UHGV virus genome: UHGV-0038498
From: a virus
DNA: 64,000 nucleotides
Strand: one strand, 5' to 3'
A model generated the notes under the pieces. It did no database searches and was not told the origin of the DNA. It saw nothing but the letters and a program-made list of their open reading frames with translations. The translations under genes were made by a program, and so were the position numbers. Numbering within the stretch: the stretch's first letter is position 1; each line of letters begins with the position of its first letter. Below, piece after piece: positions 19,658 to 37,643 of this stretch.

Positions 19658-20941
19658 TTATTCATCAACGATAATTTTTGGTAGCTTAACACCTAATAAA
19701 ACAGACAAATCTGAACGACCCGCCATTTTATCCATGTCTCCACCATCAATTACTCTTGCTTCTTTTTCATCTTTTGCTACAGTGTAAGGATTTGCAGATA
19801 AAGCATATCTAACTAATAAACCGATAGATGGCTGCAAACTTTCTGGATCAACTACAACTTTAAATGCACCTACATGTTCAGGGTCATCTAAGTCAAGACC
19901 TTCTGTATACGGAGCATAGAAAATTGACCCAACAATTTCTTTTTCACCAATATTTTCTACTACGCCAACGATTACATAATCTAATGGGCTGTTGGTATCG
20001 CAATAAAGCGGTAAACCATTAGCTAAGAACCCATAGGCATTTTGTGAAAGATATTTATCATCTTCTGGTTTATGTTTTAACCAACCTGATGCAGCAAGAA
20101 TCGCAGCAGCACGAGCTGAAGCAACACAGAACGTTGCAGTATAAGTTGATTCTTTTTGGATATGCGAAACCATTTCACATACCATTCGGTATAATGAACG
20201 ACCAGCTTCAGGTGCAGATGCATAACTCAAATCAATGAATCCAGTATCAGTAATTCCTGTAACTTTATAGCGTTTTGATACTGTAATCAAAGACTGCAGA
20301 ATATCTTTATTGATTTCATCCGCCATTTCAGTTGCAAGCAAATCTTCCAAGAAATTAGGAGCATCGAATCCGTTTGCTTCTAAATCTTGTGCTAATTCAA
20401 CTGTGATGCCAGTTTTAAGTTTACGAGATTTAACTGCGGTTTGCCATTTATTAATCTGGAATCTAGCATCCGCAATTTCACTATCAGAGCTTTCAAATTT
20501 GCTTGTTACTGCAGCATCAGAAAATAGACGAACCTTTAAAAGAACGATTGCAATCTGAAGAGCTAATTCTAAATCGCTTTCTTCAATATCAGCAAATGGT
20601 GTATCTTCTAATACTTTATAAACGATATTATTATATTTGAATAAATCGCCTTTATTGAGAGTTAATTTAGACTCTTCTGTTAATTCTGTGATTTGTTCTC
20701 GGTCTACGTATCCAGCTTCGCCAGCGTAAGTAGCACCAGTTTTAAATGTAAATTCGTTATCTGGGTTAAGGTATTTGATACCGTAAAAAGCAGCAACAGG
20801 TTGATTAGTTCTTTGCGTTGCTACAATGTCAGAATATATTAATTTAGTGGTAGCGCGAGTCAAAGCAACGAGATTTGGGCGACCGATTGAGTTGCTATTC
20901 GTTGTGGTTGATTCGCGCAGAAGTTCGTTGATTTTAGCCAT
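19658..20941 (-). CDS. 24: head vertex protein gp24
   Basis: 427-aa ORF, gp23 paralogue; late promoter TATAAATA (minus strand) at 20969-20976. Confidence 0.9.
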   Translation of the reverse strand: MAKINELLRESTTTNSNSIGRPNLVALTRATTKLIYSDIVATQRTNQPVAAFYGIKYLNPDNEFTFKTGATYAGEAGYVDREQITELTEESKLTLNKGDLFKYNNIVYKVLEDTPFADIEESDLELALQIAIVLLKVRLFSDAAVTSKFESSDSEIADARFQINKWQTAVKSRKLKTGITVELAQDLEANGFDAPNFLEDLLATEMADEINKDILQSLITVSKRYKVTGITDTGFIDLSYASAPEAGRSLYRMVCEMVSHIQKESTYTATFCVASARAAAILAASGWLKHKPEDDKYLSQNAYGFLANGLPLYCDTNSPLDYVIVGVVENIGEKEIVGSIFYAPYTEGLDLDDPEHVGAFKVVVDPESLQPSIGLLVRYALSANPYTVAKDEKEARVIDGGDMDKMAGRSDLSVLLGVKLPKIIVDE

Positions 20942-20968
20942 TGCGCTTTCCTTTTGGTTTATATGATT

Positions 20969-20976
20969 TATTTATA
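20969..20976 (-). promoter_or_regulatory. late promoter for gene 24
   Basis: TATTTATA on plus strand (TATAAATA on minus) 28 nt upstream of gp24 start. Confidence 0.6.
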
Positions 20977-20992
20977 CCATAAAAACAACTAA

Positions 20993-21010
20993 AGGGACCC
21001 GAAGGTCCCT
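20993..21010 (-). terminator. terminator downstream of major capsid gene 23
   Basis: AGGGACC-CGAA-GGTCCCT; T-run on minus strand. Confidence 0.6.
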
Positions 21011-21024
21011 TAAATCGTCAAAGA

Positions 21025-22590
21025 TTAGATACCTTTAACATATACACGGCGGAAGTAAGCGTTTTTACCAAGGCTATTCAGAATAGAAGGCATACCGCTC
21101 TGGATGCGAGAAGCCGGAGCCTGAGCAGCGGATTCTGCAAATGGGTTGATACCGATACCGTAACGAGTTTTGAATCCCATTACTGGTTGGAAGTTCTTCG
21201 GATCGGAACCACGCAGCGGAGTCAGAGCTACATATGGAGCGTAGTAAATACCAGCATCCATTTCGTTCGGACCTTTATAACCTACAGTGAAATAATCCTG
21301 TTTAGCATACTGGTCGATATATACACGGTATTTACCACCCAGAACACCAGCAAATACTGACTTGGTAGTATCAGTGTTAAAGCCGGTAGCCAGACCCTGT
21401 GCAGCATAAGAAATGCCAGTATCAACTGAAGCCAGAACGTTAACTACGTTACGGGAAGCGATAATGAAGTTACCTTCACCGCGACCGGTCTGACGAGCAA
21501 TTTCAACTGCTTCTTTGTCAATCTGGAACAACAGAGCTTTAAAGGATTCACCCGCCCAGCGAGCACCACGAATATCAATCGGATCCTGGAAGTCAAATAC
21601 ACCAGCTTTAGAACCCGGAGTCAGGGTCATACCAGATTTACCAACCTGAGCTGAGTAGTTAATCCAATCAACAACTTCGCGGTTGATTTCCAGCATGATT
21701 TCGGTAGCCAGAATACCAGACAGTTCAGCATCAGCATCCATACCGTGAACAGCGCGGAGGTCTTGTGCTAATTCGATAGAGTAAGCAGCTTTCAGCTGAC
21801 GAGATTTAGCTTCAATAACTTGTTTATCGATACGGAAGCCCATTTCATTCCATGGGTTATCGGTAGAACCGTTGAAACCTTCCTGAAGTTCAGCGATAGA
21901 AGTAGCCATACCTTCAGCGATTTCTACCAGTGCACCAGCTTCCATTTGTTTCTTAATTTCAGCATCTAATTTAGCTGCATCATCTGCAGTAGAACTAATT
22001 GTTACTTGAGCAGAAGCTTGCAGATACACAGTACCAGTGTCCTGGAAGAAGTGAGTATAGATATCACCTACTGTAGTTTGTGTGCTAGCAGCCAGAGCTG
22101 GGAATTTCTTAGCAGCACCCTGACCAGAGAACATTGCATCTGGACCATACATTGGGTGGAATGCTTCTTTAGCACCGGCAGCGATTGGGTCTTTACCATA
22201 TACTGCGCGCAGTGCGAATACCTGGCCAGTCGGGCTGTTCATCGGCTGAACACCGCAAATATCGAAAGCAATCAGGTTAGGAATAGCACGACGTACCATA
22301 CCCATAACAGCTGGGCCAATCTGAGTTACTGCGCCAGAAGTCTGACCAGCAGCGATGTTAGTAGCGTTGTAACCGTGGTCACCACCGATTTCAGCTTCTG
22401 TTAAGAAAGAACCGAACGCCTGAGCGATTTTTTCGTCTTTGTATTCTGGAGCTGTCTGGAAATCTTTTTCCTGGTTTTCAAAGATTTTAGCGATAATCGC
22501 TTGTTTGCTATTAGCAATTTCCGGTAAACCTTCACCTTCCAGTAATGGCTTCCATTTGTTCAAAAGTTCAGCTTTAGTTTTGATAGTCAT
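21025..22590 (-). CDS. 23: major capsid protein gp23
   Basis: 521-aa ORF MTIKTKAELLNKWKPLLEGEGLPEIANSKQAIIAKIFENQ...; strongly biased codon use; terminator hairpin downstream at 20993-21010. Confidence 0.95.
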   Translation of the reverse strand: MTIKTKAELLNKWKPLLEGEGLPEIANSKQAIIAKIFENQEKDFQTAPEYKDEKIAQAFGSFLTEAEIGGDHGYNATNIAAGQTSGAVTQIGPAVMGMVRRAIPNLIAFDICGVQPMNSPTGQVFALRAVYGKDPIAAGAKEAFHPMYGPDAMFSGQGAAKKFPALAASTQTTVGDIYTHFFQDTGTVYLQASAQVTISSTADDAAKLDAEIKKQMEAGALVEIAEGMATSIAELQEGFNGSTDNPWNEMGFRIDKQVIEAKSRQLKAAYSIELAQDLRAVHGMDADAELSGILATEIMLEINREVVDWINYSAQVGKSGMTLTPGSKAGVFDFQDPIDIRGARWAGESFKALLFQIDKEAVEIARQTGRGEGNFIIASRNVVNVLASVDTGISYAAQGLATGFNTDTTKSVFAGVLGGKYRVYIDQYAKQDYFTVGYKGPNEMDAGIYYAPYVALTPLRGSDPKNFQPVMGFKTRYGIGINPFAESAAQAPASRIQSGMPSILNSLGKNAYFRRVYVKGI

Positions 22591-22608
22591 TTGTGTTAAC
22601 CTTTAAAA

Positions 22609-23418
22609 TTAGAAACGAGATGCGACTTTCGCATATACACTTACAATATCTTCTGCACCAGGTGCAGCTTTATCTTCTACAGCTTCAGTGACGAAATTCA
22701 GTCCGGCTGCTTCAGTATCAGGAGTATTTATACCCTCAGTAATAGTGCTTTCATCTTTATTAGACTTCTTCACCATTTCTACGATGGCACTCAATTTACT
22801 TGAGAATTCATCTGAATAATCCATACCTTCGACCAGAGCAGAGACTTTTTCTTTTTGAGACTCAGTCAGATCTTTAGTACTTTCGCTCAATGCCACTTCA
22901 CGCTGCACATAATTGATATATGCGTCGCGCATATTGAGTTCTTCGAACAGACGAGCTGATTCTTCTTTATGTTCTTGCAGCTCTTCTTCCATTTCAGCTA
23001 CAACATCAACTGATTCTTCTGGAACAACAACGTTGTGTTCAACAAAGAGCTCTTTTAATCCACCAAGCATGGATTCAAACAGTTCGGCTTTGATGCCTTT
23101 ATCAACTGCTAATTTATTTTCAGCGAGCCATTCTTTTGCAAGATGGTCGATGAATTTAGAAGCTTGCTCAGCGATTTTCTTCTCAGCTTTTTCTTCGGCT
23201 TCTTCTTTATTTTTTTCTACTTCTTCTTCTGCTTTTTCAGCAATTTTAGCGATATGAGATTCAGCTAATTTAACGGCGTGCTGCTTGACGGTAGCTTCGA
23301 ATACAGTGCCGAAAGTTTCTTTTGCTTCCGGAGAAATATTAACTGATTCGAAAATACTATCAAGAGCAACGGAAGCATCAATTTTTTGCGCTTCAGCAAT
23401 CAGTTGTTCTTTAAGCAT
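22609..23418 (-). CDS. 22: prohead core scaffold protein gp22
   Basis: 269-aa acidic, helical ORF; T4 gp22 length; late promoter at 23446-23453. Confidence 0.85.
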   Translation of the reverse strand: MLKEQLIAEAQKIDASVALDSIFESVNISPEAKETFGTVFEATVKQHAVKLAESHIAKIAEKAEEEVEKNKEEAEEKAEKKIAEQASKFIDHLAKEWLAENKLAVDKGIKAELFESMLGGLKELFVEHNVVVPEESVDVVAEMEEELQEHKEESARLFEELNMRDAYINYVQREVALSESTKDLTESQKEKVSALVEGMDYSDEFSSKLSAIVEMVKKSNKDESTITEGINTPDTEAAGLNFVTEAVEDKAAPGAEDIVSVYAKVASRF

Positions 23419-23445
23419 TTTGTAGTCCTGTTGTTTAGATAATAA

Positions 23446-23453
23446 TATTTATA
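23446..23453 (-). promoter_or_regulatory. late promoter for gene 22
   Basis: TATAAATA on minus strand 28 nt upstream of gp22 start. Confidence 0.6.
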
Positions 23454-24087
23454 ACGCTTTTTTCATGGCCTCTGCGAGAGCCATATAGGCGTCATCGGCA
23501 CTTGTATCGGCTTCCGCCGTCTGTGATTCGGTAATTTCCTTAGGAGTTACCCATGCATCTGGAGCACTTGGACCCCATACTGCATCAACACCTACAGTTA
23601 ATTTGAATCCTTCGTTTACGATACGATAACCTTTATTTGTGTCAGTCAATGAACCTAATCCACGAGAAGAAACTCCTGGAATCCATCCGGCACGAATATT
23701 AGCTGCTAATTTATCTCCAGGACCATGGTCACCTTCAATAACACGAGCTCGTCCGTATACGTCATTTCCTTTCCACCACATATCTTCTATAATGATAGCG
23801 GCTTGCATTGGGTCAACATTAGCGCGTGGAGGATGATTTAATTCTCCGAGAGCTTGTTTAGTTAAAACTTGCTCATTGATATAGTCTTTTACCGCTTTTT
23901 CTAATATGCGTTTTGGATAAAGACGTTTATTTCTATTGACGACTTCCGCTTGCATGAATATTCCTTCGATGTATAAACCGGGTTTTAAACCGAGGTCTTT
24001 TCCATCATGAGATTCAAGCATTGGCACGCCATCAATAATTTCGCCAGGTTGACCCCAAGTTTCAATTAGTAATTGGGGTTCATTCAT
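23449..24087 (-). CDS. 21: prohead core protease gp21
   Basis: 212-aa ORF; T4 gp21 length and position. Confidence 0.9.
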   Translation of the reverse strand: MNEPQLLIETWGQPGEIIDGVPMLESHDGKDLGLKPGLYIEGIFMQAEVVNRNKRLYPKRILEKAVKDYINEQVLTKQALGELNHPPRANVDPMQAAIIIEDMWWKGNDVYGRARVIEGDHGPGDKLAANIRAGWIPGVSSRGLGSLTDTNKGYRIVNEGFKLTVGVDAVWGPSAPDAWVTPKEITESQTAEADTSADDAYMALAEAMKKAL

Positions 24088-24512
24088 TAGCTTAATCCTA
24101 ATGCTTTACGGCGTTTAAGAGCTTTTTTACGCTTACGCTGAGCACGAGATTGACCTGCTGGATTGGCAATCTTCGTTTTGGTAGCTTTGCGAGCAATTTG
24201 TCTACGTTTTGCTTTAGACAGCCCGGTGGTTTGAAATGCATTACGTTCACGCGTCTTGCGGTCTTTAGTACGTGTAATTTCACCACGAGCAGAAACATGT
24301 TTAACGATGAATTCATTTAGCGGCATATCTTCATTAATAGAAGCTAATGCAATTGCTAAATCAGTTTCATCATCAAGCATATTCTCGACAATTGTATTTA
24401 TATCGTCTTTATTTAAAGCAGAAGACAATTCGTCAAAGCGACCCTGTGCTTCAGGAATAAGTGCTTCGACATTCTCGAGAACTAATTCATGAGTTTCAGG
24501 GATCAGAAGCAT
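24087..24512 (-). CDS. 68: prohead core protein gp68
   Basis: 141-aa ORF with basic C-terminus, position as T4 gene 68. Confidence 0.75.
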   Translation of the reverse strand: MLLIPETHELVLENVEALIPEAQGRFDELSSALNKDDINTIVENMLDDETDLAIALASINEDMPLNEFIVKHVSARGEITRTKDRKTRERNAFQTTGLSKAKRRQIARKATKTKIANPAGQSRAQRKRKKALKRRKALGLS

Positions 24513-24753
24513 TATTCATCATCCTCGTCTTCGTCATCTTCGTCAGAGTCTTTGTCTTTTTTGTCGTCTTTATCATCGCTATCTTCGTCATCATCCTCAT
24601 CATCAGGTTCTTCACCTTCGATTAAGAAATTACGAGCGATAGCGATTTTTTCTTCTTTAATTAAATCAATCGTTCTTGCAGCCATGGCTTCAGCAAAGAA
24701 TTTACGAGCGGCTACGAGGTCGTTTGATTTAATAGCTTCAATTAAACCTTCCA

Positions 24754-24754
<1 letters not shown>
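24512..24754 (-). CDS. 67: prohead core protein gp67
   Basis: 80-aa ORF with poly-acidic C-terminal tail ([14 protein letters not shown]...). Confidence 0.75.
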
Positions 24755-26379
<1,625 letters not shown>

Positions 26380-26411
26380 TTAAGCAGGATGGGGATTTCT
26401 CCCCATTCATT

Positions 26412-26903
26412 TTATTCCCAATAATCGAGAGCGAGAGTTACTTCAAATGTTTGGATTTCATTATTTGAATCCCAATCTAATTGAAGTTCACCCACGTTAG
26501 TAGGCCACAGGCCTTTAATTTCGACTTCTTTTGTTACAGTTTTAGCGTCACGAGCATATTGGCGAACAACAGCGCTCTTTTTATACTCTGCTGGTTTTCC
26601 ACCAGTAATTTCGTTCCCTTGCCCAGCAGCAATGCTTTGCCAATCAACAAACTTCTGACGAGCATCGTGTGCCTCATCGTTCATTACTGTAACAGTCCAG
26701 TCATCGAATGTACGATCGCCTGCTACGTTAATTTTACGGTTCATAAATCCGACTGGAATTTTTTCTACAATACCAGCTGGTAAAGCAGTGGCTTTACATT
26801 GAAACGTAAAATTTTGTCCAAGATAAGAAATTTCTACTTGGAATAAGTTAGGTCGAGCAAAATCACCAGATTCAAACGCTCGTGTTACATCATCTACAAA
26901 CAT
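26412..26903 (-). CDS. 19: tail tube protein gp19
   Basis: 163-aa ORF, T4 gp19 length; two upstream late promoters (26918-26925, 26977-26984). Confidence 0.9.
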   Translation of the reverse strand: MFVDDVTRAFESGDFARPNLFQVEISYLGQNFTFQCKATALPAGIVEKIPVGFMNRKINVAGDRTFDDWTVTVMNDEAHDARQKFVDWQSIAAGQGNEITGGKPAEYKKSAVVRQYARDAKTVTKEVEIKGLWPTNVGELQLDWDSNNEIQTFEVTLALDYWE

Positions 26904-26917
26904 ATTAGCCTCTGTAG

Positions 26918-26925
26918 TATTTATA
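26918..26925 (-). promoter_or_regulatory. late promoter for gene 19 (second copy at 26977-26984)
   Basis: TATAAATA on minus strand 15 nt upstream of gp19 start. Confidence 0.6.
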
Positions 26926-26985
26926 TCCCTATGTTTAACCTAGGGCATATAGAATTAAAGAATTAAGGATATAGTGTATTTATAT

Positions 26986-27003
26986 GGCCTGCCGAAACAG
27001 GCC
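26986..27003 (-). terminator. hairpin downstream of gene 18
   Basis: GGCCTG-CCGAAA-CAGGCC. Confidence 0.45.
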
Positions 27004-27019
27004 TTTAGAATGCACCGTA

Positions 27020-28999
27020 TTAACCTGCAAGACCAGTTAACTCATCGAAATCTGCACCAGTAGCAGTTGCTACGAAGTTTAAGGTAATGTAGTTAATGCT
27101 TCTAGCTGGTTGGATGTAGAATGTTGCAACAAACTCATTTCTATCAATTACTGACGGAGTGTTATTTGTTGTATCGCAAACTACACGATATTCATAAATT
27201 CCACCGAGAGCTTTAATTCCCTGCAAGTACTGGGAAGTTTCTGTGCGGAATGATGAACGAGTAAACGCGTTGTTTAATTCGAACAAACGATATTTTGAAC
27301 TACGTCCGATATTCGTTTTCAACATATTAAACAGACGACGAACGTTAATACGATCAAATGGAGAAGGAACAGAAGTAGCTGTTTTATCACCATACAATAC
27401 GTAACCATCACCACCTGTACCAGTTACTGGGTTGATAGCTTCTTGATATAAACGGTCGCGCTGCGCCTGGCGAGTTTCAATAGCAAGTTTAATAACGTTC
27501 AAAATTTGGCCACGATTATAACCAGCTGGAGACATCCAAGTCTGAGAAACGTTATCAGTTCTTGCACACAAACCAGCAATATCAGCTGCTAATGGAACCC
27601 AACGATTCACATCATTATATTTGTCATACTGATACTTGTAGTTACCATCAATTGCTGCGTAGGTTGAACTGATATTAAAGTTATTATCAGTGTATGAACC
27701 TGCTGCAGTTCTCCAGTTGACTAAGTTATCAACAGCACGAGTTACAGGAATTCCAACTACAGTTTCACGCGGTGGTGAGCACAGTACTAAGCAATCTTGG
27801 CGAGCATCCCCAATTGAAACGACATGTTTTTGGACAGTAGATGCTGTTTCTAAAGATTCACCGGCACAAGAACCCGCAATAAACAACTGAACATCAACAG
27901 ATTCACGGTCAGCAAAGAAGTCCCAAGCTTCCATCAAATCTCCTGCTGTTACTTCAGCATTTGATGATAATCCACCAGACAGAGTTAAAATTCCAGAGAA
28001 GCCTTCTGGCCAGTTTTGTGCAGTTGCGAAAATATATTCTGAACCGCCTTTTGCGAAAAAGTCATCAATATAGATGTTACTATCGTAAATATCTTTTTCA
28101 CCACGCTTTGTTGAAAGAACAACGCTTTGAACAATAGCATCATTGCGACGAACTATAATAGCGTATTGTGAATCAGTTTGTGGTCCATATCCAAACACTG
28201 CTTTGGCAGTAGATGCGCGTGTGCCGCCGCCTGGATAAATTGGAAGTAATGCAGAAGCACCTTTTGCGTAGTCAGCTTTAGATACGATTTCAATTTCGAT
28301 TTTATCGCCCAACTCGCCTGGATAAAGAGCTACTACTCCTGGAATTCCATATTTTTCGAGATTTGCTTGAAAGTCAACAGCTGTCATGGCAGCTTCGGCA
28401 TTTTCAATTTCAGCTAATAAAATACCAGAATCAGTAATAATTTTTCCAAGAGTTATTACTGCAGCTAAACCAGAGGAAGACGAAGAAATTTCCGCGGTCC
28501 AGTTAGAACCTAATTCTGGATATTCGCCTACTTCTTTCGCTTTAGCGATAATTTTTGCGGTAGGAATATTAATTTTCTTAATTTTTCCATCAGCATCTAC
28601 TTCGGTAACTTTACATTCTGTTTCAACATCTTCTGAAACATACTTAACCGTGATTTTATCTCCAACCGCGTAGTTACTACCTGGGGTAGAAATAGTGTAT
28701 TCAATATTACCGGCAATCGGAGATGAGTTTTTAGCGGTATCTCTATCGACAGCACGCACAACTCGCAAATCATTTCCGTATTGTAAGAAATTCATTGCAG
28801 ACATAAAATAGTCAGCAGTTTCAGCTGTAGGTTGACCAAAAGTATTAACTAAATCTACTTCATTTGTAACCTGTTTAATTTGAAAAGCAGGACCCCACTG
28901 GAATTTACCGGCCAAAGCTGCTGTACCAGTAGAGTTATTAACCACGGTGCTTTGAACCGTAGTTTCTTTGAGCTCAATGCCCGGAGATAATAAAGTCAT
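27020..28999 (-). CDS. 18: contractile tail sheath protein gp18
   Basis: 659-aa ORF, T4 gp18 length; late promoter at 29028-29035. Confidence 0.9.
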   Translation of the reverse strand: MTLLSPGIELKETTVQSTVVNNSTGTAALAGKFQWGPAFQIKQVTNEVDLVNTFGQPTAETADYFMSAMNFLQYGNDLRVVRAVDRDTAKNSSPIAGNIEYTISTPGSNYAVGDKITVKYVSEDVETECKVTEVDADGKIKKINIPTAKIIAKAKEVGEYPELGSNWTAEISSSSSGLAAVITLGKIITDSGILLAEIENAEAAMTAVDFQANLEKYGIPGVVALYPGELGDKIEIEIVSKADYAKGASALLPIYPGGGTRASTAKAVFGYGPQTDSQYAIIVRRNDAIVQSVVLSTKRGEKDIYDSNIYIDDFFAKGGSEYIFATAQNWPEGFSGILTLSGGLSSNAEVTAGDLMEAWDFFADRESVDVQLFIAGSCAGESLETASTVQKHVVSIGDARQDCLVLCSPPRETVVGIPVTRAVDNLVNWRTAAGSYTDNNFNISSTYAAIDGNYKYQYDKYNDVNRWVPLAADIAGLCARTDNVSQTWMSPAGYNRGQILNVIKLAIETRQAQRDRLYQEAINPVTGTGGDGYVLYGDKTATSVPSPFDRINVRRLFNMLKTNIGRSSKYRLFELNNAFTRSSFRTETSQYLQGIKALGGIYEYRVVCDTTNNTPSVIDRNEFVATFYIQPARSINYITLNFVATATGADFDELTGLAG

Positions 29000-29027
29000 T
29001 TTTAATCCTCTTTAATATGCTTTAATA

Positions 29028-32168
<3,141 letters not shown>

Positions 32169-32209
32169 GATTTCTCCTAATCTGGGCTTTAATTAGTTTA
32201 TAATATTTA

Positions 32210-33911
<1,702 letters not shown>

Positions 33912-33943
33912 TTAAAAATCCTTTGGGGCCTTGCGGCCCCATG

Positions 33944-35407
33944 TTATGCTGGTGATAAAAAGGTAGAAAGTAATACCCACTCGCCGTCTTTACGAACGTA
34001 AGCTTGACCATCTTTTGGAGCTTCAGGAATATAACCTGCTTCTTGTAGAGCTTGAACATCACCTTGCAGAGAAGATATACTACCTTTGGCTGTATTCACT
34101 TCTTGTGTAACTGATGCAATGTTGGTTTCGTTAGCTTTTATTGAATTGGTTAATCCGCGTTCTTCGACTGTTGAACCGTTTGGATTAGTTCCATTTACTA
34201 AAGTATTTAACGCTACAACTTGCCCTTTAATTCCTGTGCTGTTATTACCAATCTCTACTTGTAGGTTTTGAACATCGTTATTCAAGCCTGAAACAGAAGT
34301 TTCAATTGTAGAAACTCGGTTTAAAAGAGACCCAGGAGGAGAAGGTTGTCCACCGCTAGAATCAGTTCCAACAATTTGGTTTAACCACGAAACATTCGCT
34401 CTTAAACCAGATGAAGTGTTTTCACCAACGATTCCATTTAGAGCTTCAATTGAAGTTGTATTATCTTTGATTTGGCCTTTAATACTCGAAGGAATATCAT
34501 CTGAACCAATAGAAGTTTCAATAACGGTTAAACGCTGTTTAATACCTCCACTTTGATTTAGCTCTAAATTAATAGATGCAATATTATCAGTGTTTGTATT
34601 AACACTCGTAATAATCGAATTATTTCCTGGATATCCTATTGAGGTCTTAATAGCACTAATGTCAGATTCAACTGTTGTCTGTTTAGTGTCAATTTCATTT
34701 AAACGACTGTAGATGTTTTGTGAAAATGACGGTGGTTTAGGTCCAAGCTCTTCGCGAAGATTACCAACTTCAATAGTTAAAGAACCTACATCAGATTCAA
34801 TAAATTTTGTTTCTAATTCGCTTAAACGTATTCCCTGTGAAGTGATGACATCAGTATTATTAATAATGCGATGCTTCATTCCTGTGCTAGGATTTCCTAC
34901 AACAGGAAGACCATTAATATCTTGACCTGTGTATTGTCCAAGTTCACGCTTTATCCACAGTAAATCATTTCTGATCGTTCTGTATACAGAGTTGGCCTCG
35001 GAGTTAAATGGACCAATATCAGCAAGAATGCTGTCAACTGTACTATTAGTTCCATTTAATATTTCTGTATGTTCACTGGTTAGCGTTTTAAGGTCAGAAA
35101 TATCCTTTTTATTGATACTTATTTGGGCCAAAGCTTCAATATCGCCAGATACATCTAAGATGCCCTGAATTGTTTTAATATCACTATTCGCGGATTCTAA
35201 AGATGTTTTGAGTATTCCAATGTTTTTATCAAGAACTTCAACATTTCTTAGTACAGAAACTGTAGGTCTATTCATTGAACCTTCACTTCCATACTGTGTG
35301 TCAGCTCCTAATATTTCTTCGCCGTTTTTAATCCAGGAAATGCGGCTCTGGCCCTCTGCAGGAGGGCCGTCAACGAATGGTAAGTCATTCAGTACAATAT
35401 CTGTCAT
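33944..35407 (-). CDS. wac: fibritin (whisker) Wac
   Basis: 487-aa ORF of coiled-coil heptads ending in the foldon [27 protein letters not shown]. Confidence 0.95.
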   Translation of the reverse strand: MTDIVLNDLPFVDGPPAEGQSRISWIKNGEEILGADTQYGSEGSMNRPTVSVLRNVEVLDKNIGILKTSLESANSDIKTIQGILDVSGDIEALAQISINKKDISDLKTLTSEHTEILNGTNSTVDSILADIGPFNSEANSVYRTIRNDLLWIKRELGQYTGQDINGLPVVGNPSTGMKHRIINNTDVITSQGIRLSELETKFIESDVGSLTIEVGNLREELGPKPPSFSQNIYSRLNEIDTKQTTVESDISAIKTSIGYPGNNSIITSVNTNTDNIASINLELNQSGGIKQRLTVIETSIGSDDIPSSIKGQIKDNTTSIEALNGIVGENTSSGLRANVSWLNQIVGTDSSGGQPSPPGSLLNRVSTIETSVSGLNNDVQNLQVEIGNNSTGIKGQVVALNTLVNGTNPNGSTVEERGLTNSIKANETNIASVTQEVNTAKGSISSLQGDVQALQEAGYIPEAPKDGQAYVRKDGEWVLLSTFLSPA

Positions 35408-36987
35408 TCTTTTACCTTAATTATGTAGTTTAAAGAAATGTTCCATGGACGTGTTTCATTTCCAATTAATTCAGGACGATTTAGTGTATATTTGGAATTT
35501 CGTTGTGATGCTGGGTCAATTTCATATCCGTCATTGGTGAAATATGAACGGTTATCCCAGTCAAGTCCTTTACGTGTACCAACAAAATTTGATCTACGGG
35601 TATTACCGAATGCTCCAGAATCATCATGCTCACCAAATCCGCCAGCGTGTTTATGATAAGACATCTGCTGTTTTTGTACTTCGCCAACATATCCACCGGT
35701 ACAACCTACGCCTAATCTAGGCTTACCAAATTGGTCATTACCATTAACATTTGGATTTGTTAAGTGAGAGCCACGACCAGAGCCACGAACAAAAAGGCCA
35801 CGCATATCAGGTAATCCAGGATTTGATGAACTTCCGCCGTATCTTGTTCCAATTCTAGAAGCATATAATGGACAATCTGATGCTGAAACAGTTCCTCCAT
35901 GACAGAAGCGCCAAGCATCACTAGGAAGGCTATCAGCCGCCCACATCATAATAGCTCCGACAGGAATAGTTCTATCTATTTCATTCTGCGTTACAACACG
36001 CTTACCTTGAATATAACCACCGGTCATGTTAACTGTTCCGGTAATATTTGCTCCGCCTGAAGCTATTGTGAGCGTATTATTAATGCGAAGTGTTCCATTA
36101 ATCGTTTGACCACCTCTTTGGTGGATAACGTCAGCATTCCAAGCTAGTGCTGATGAAGCATCACCTCCGCTCTGTGAGCCGGCGGTTGTAGTTAATTTAA
36201 CTACGCCTCTCATTGACGTTGTAGAACCACGACCATTAAGAGTTGCGCCAGTAACCGCAACAGAAGCATTATTCGAGTTAACTTCTGATTGTGTTCCTAA
36301 TTTAATTACGCCTTTATATTCTTCAGTAGCAGTAGAATTCATTAGCGTATAAGGAGAAATTGCATAGCCTTCTCTTAATGTTCCTTGACGAACTTGAGCT
36401 ACTGTCGCTAATTGAACAACGCCTTGGTCAGATTCGGTAGCTGTGGTTTCAGAAGGAGCGATTTGCGCAATTAATTTAATAGCTAACTGCTGTGTTTTTA
36501 ACGGAGTCATCGCAGTAGTATCATCAGCGCCAGCTAATGCTTGCGGTAGAGATGAAATCTTAATAACTCCATTTGATGATTCAGTTGAAACACGAGTTTC
36601 AAAGGCATTATTAAGGGCAACAGTAAATTTAGCAGGAGTTATAGAAGATTCATTATTAACTCCGGCAATTGCTTCATCATTGGTTGAATATCTTGTTAAT
36701 CCGTAAACAGTTTCAGTTGCGTTTGGATAAGATAATCTTGTTGCCAACGTTGCTGGTGTAACTGCTTTGGTATTATCAGTTCCGTCGATAACTTCCTGTT
36801 CAGTGGCAAGAAATAAAATTCCCTTTGTTGTTGATGATGCGTCAGGAACTCCATTTACACCAGCAGGAGAAATGGCTGCTATAGCAGCCTGAACATCAGT
36901 AATCTCTGCTGGAAAATTTGTACCTGTTGGATCAAATTTTACATAGCGAGATTCATTAGAAACGTGTTGATATGTATTATTACTCAT
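35404..36987 (-). CDS. 12: short tail fibre gp12
   Basis: 527-aa ORF, T4 gp12 length and position. Confidence 0.85.
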   Translation of the reverse strand: MSNNTYQHVSNESRYVKFDPTGTNFPAEITDVQAAIAAISPAGVNGVPDASSTTKGILFLATEQEVIDGTDNTKAVTPATLATRLSYPNATETVYGLTRYSTNDEAIAGVNNESSITPAKFTVALNNAFETRVSTESSNGVIKISSLPQALAGADDTTAMTPLKTQQLAIKLIAQIAPSETTATESDQGVVQLATVAQVRQGTLREGYAISPYTLMNSTATEEYKGVIKLGTQSEVNSNNASVAVTGATLNGRGSTTSMRGVVKLTTTAGSQSGGDASSALAWNADVIHQRGGQTINGTLRINNTLTIASGGANITGTVNMTGGYIQGKRVVTQNEIDRTIPVGAIMMWAADSLPSDAWRFCHGGTVSASDCPLYASRIGTRYGGSSSNPGLPDMRGLFVRGSGRGSHLTNPNVNGNDQFGKPRLGVGCTGGYVGEVQKQQMSYHKHAGGFGEHDDSGAFGNTRRSNFVGTRKGLDWDNRSYFTNDGYEIDPASQRNSKYTLNRPELIGNETRPWNISLNYIIKVKE

Positions 36988-37643
36988 GCTGTTCTCTCAA
37001 AATGATAAAGTACTATTGGAGTTTGCTGATTATCTAAAGTTACAGTTTGTGCACCAAGCAAATTCCATGTGCCATATCCAGGCTTAGATTCTGAAATAAT
37101 TTCTTGGGAAATAGTTATTCCATATGTGGAATATGTGCTTAATACATGTTTTTGATTATCTAAATAAGTAACTTCTAATTTACTACCATCAGTTGGATGG
37201 TCTTTATATGAATTGATAGCAGTAAATGACGCAATAGCTTCTTGTAGCGCAACACGAACTTTGGCAACAAACTCGATAGCTGTCATTCCGGTTGTTGCTG
37301 AAACTGGAAGACCAAATACTAATACAGTAACAGGAGAACCAGGAGGAAGCGAATCATCTGTCACAGTTCCTGAAAATGCCCAATAATCAGTTTGAGAAAC
37401 ACCCTCAGGAGAAACGCCGGTTTTATTAGTAATAATTGTACCAACGTCTTTTATAGAAAAATTATGAACATCATTAATAGCTGATTCTACGTTTGGTTCA
37501 TAAAATCCTTTCGCTAATTGAGAAATTGTCACTGACCCAACCGATTGACGATTCATTACATCGATGTCGCCAGTTTTAGGTCTAAAACCAAGAAAATCGG
37601 CTAAGCGGGAAATAACTCCCGCTTTATTATTAAGTAAACTCAT
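36984..37643 (-). CDS. 11: baseplate wedge / short-tail-fibre attachment gp11
   Basis: ORF 36984-37661; start set at [17 protein letters not shown] (219 aa), overlapping gp10 stop as TAATG. Confidence 0.8.
   Translation of the reverse strand: MSLLNNKAGVISRLADFLGFRPKTGDIDVMNRQSVGSVTISQLAKGFYEPNVESAINDVHNFSIKDVGTIITNKTGVSPEGVSQTDYWAFSGTVTDDSLPPGSPVTVLVFGLPVSATTGMTAIEFVAKVRVALQEAIASFTAINSYKDHPTDGSKLEVTYLDNQKHVLSTYSTYGITISQEIISESKPGYGTWNLLGAQTVTLDNQQTPIVLYHFERTA

Noticed and set aside
22006-22404. 132-aa antisense ORF inside major capsid gene 23 (similar antisense ORFs at 22913-23257, 24489-24803, 25031-25530, 26481-26783, 28386-28673)
   Set aside because: They lie opposite highly conserved, strongly codon-biased structural genes, have low-complexity (Ser/Cys-rich) composition and no ribosome-binding sites; treated as frame artefacts.
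24520-24610. GA-rich trinucleotide-like repeats
   Set aside because: They encode the poly-Asp/Glu tail of prohead core protein gp67; a coding low-complexity region, not a regulatory repeat.
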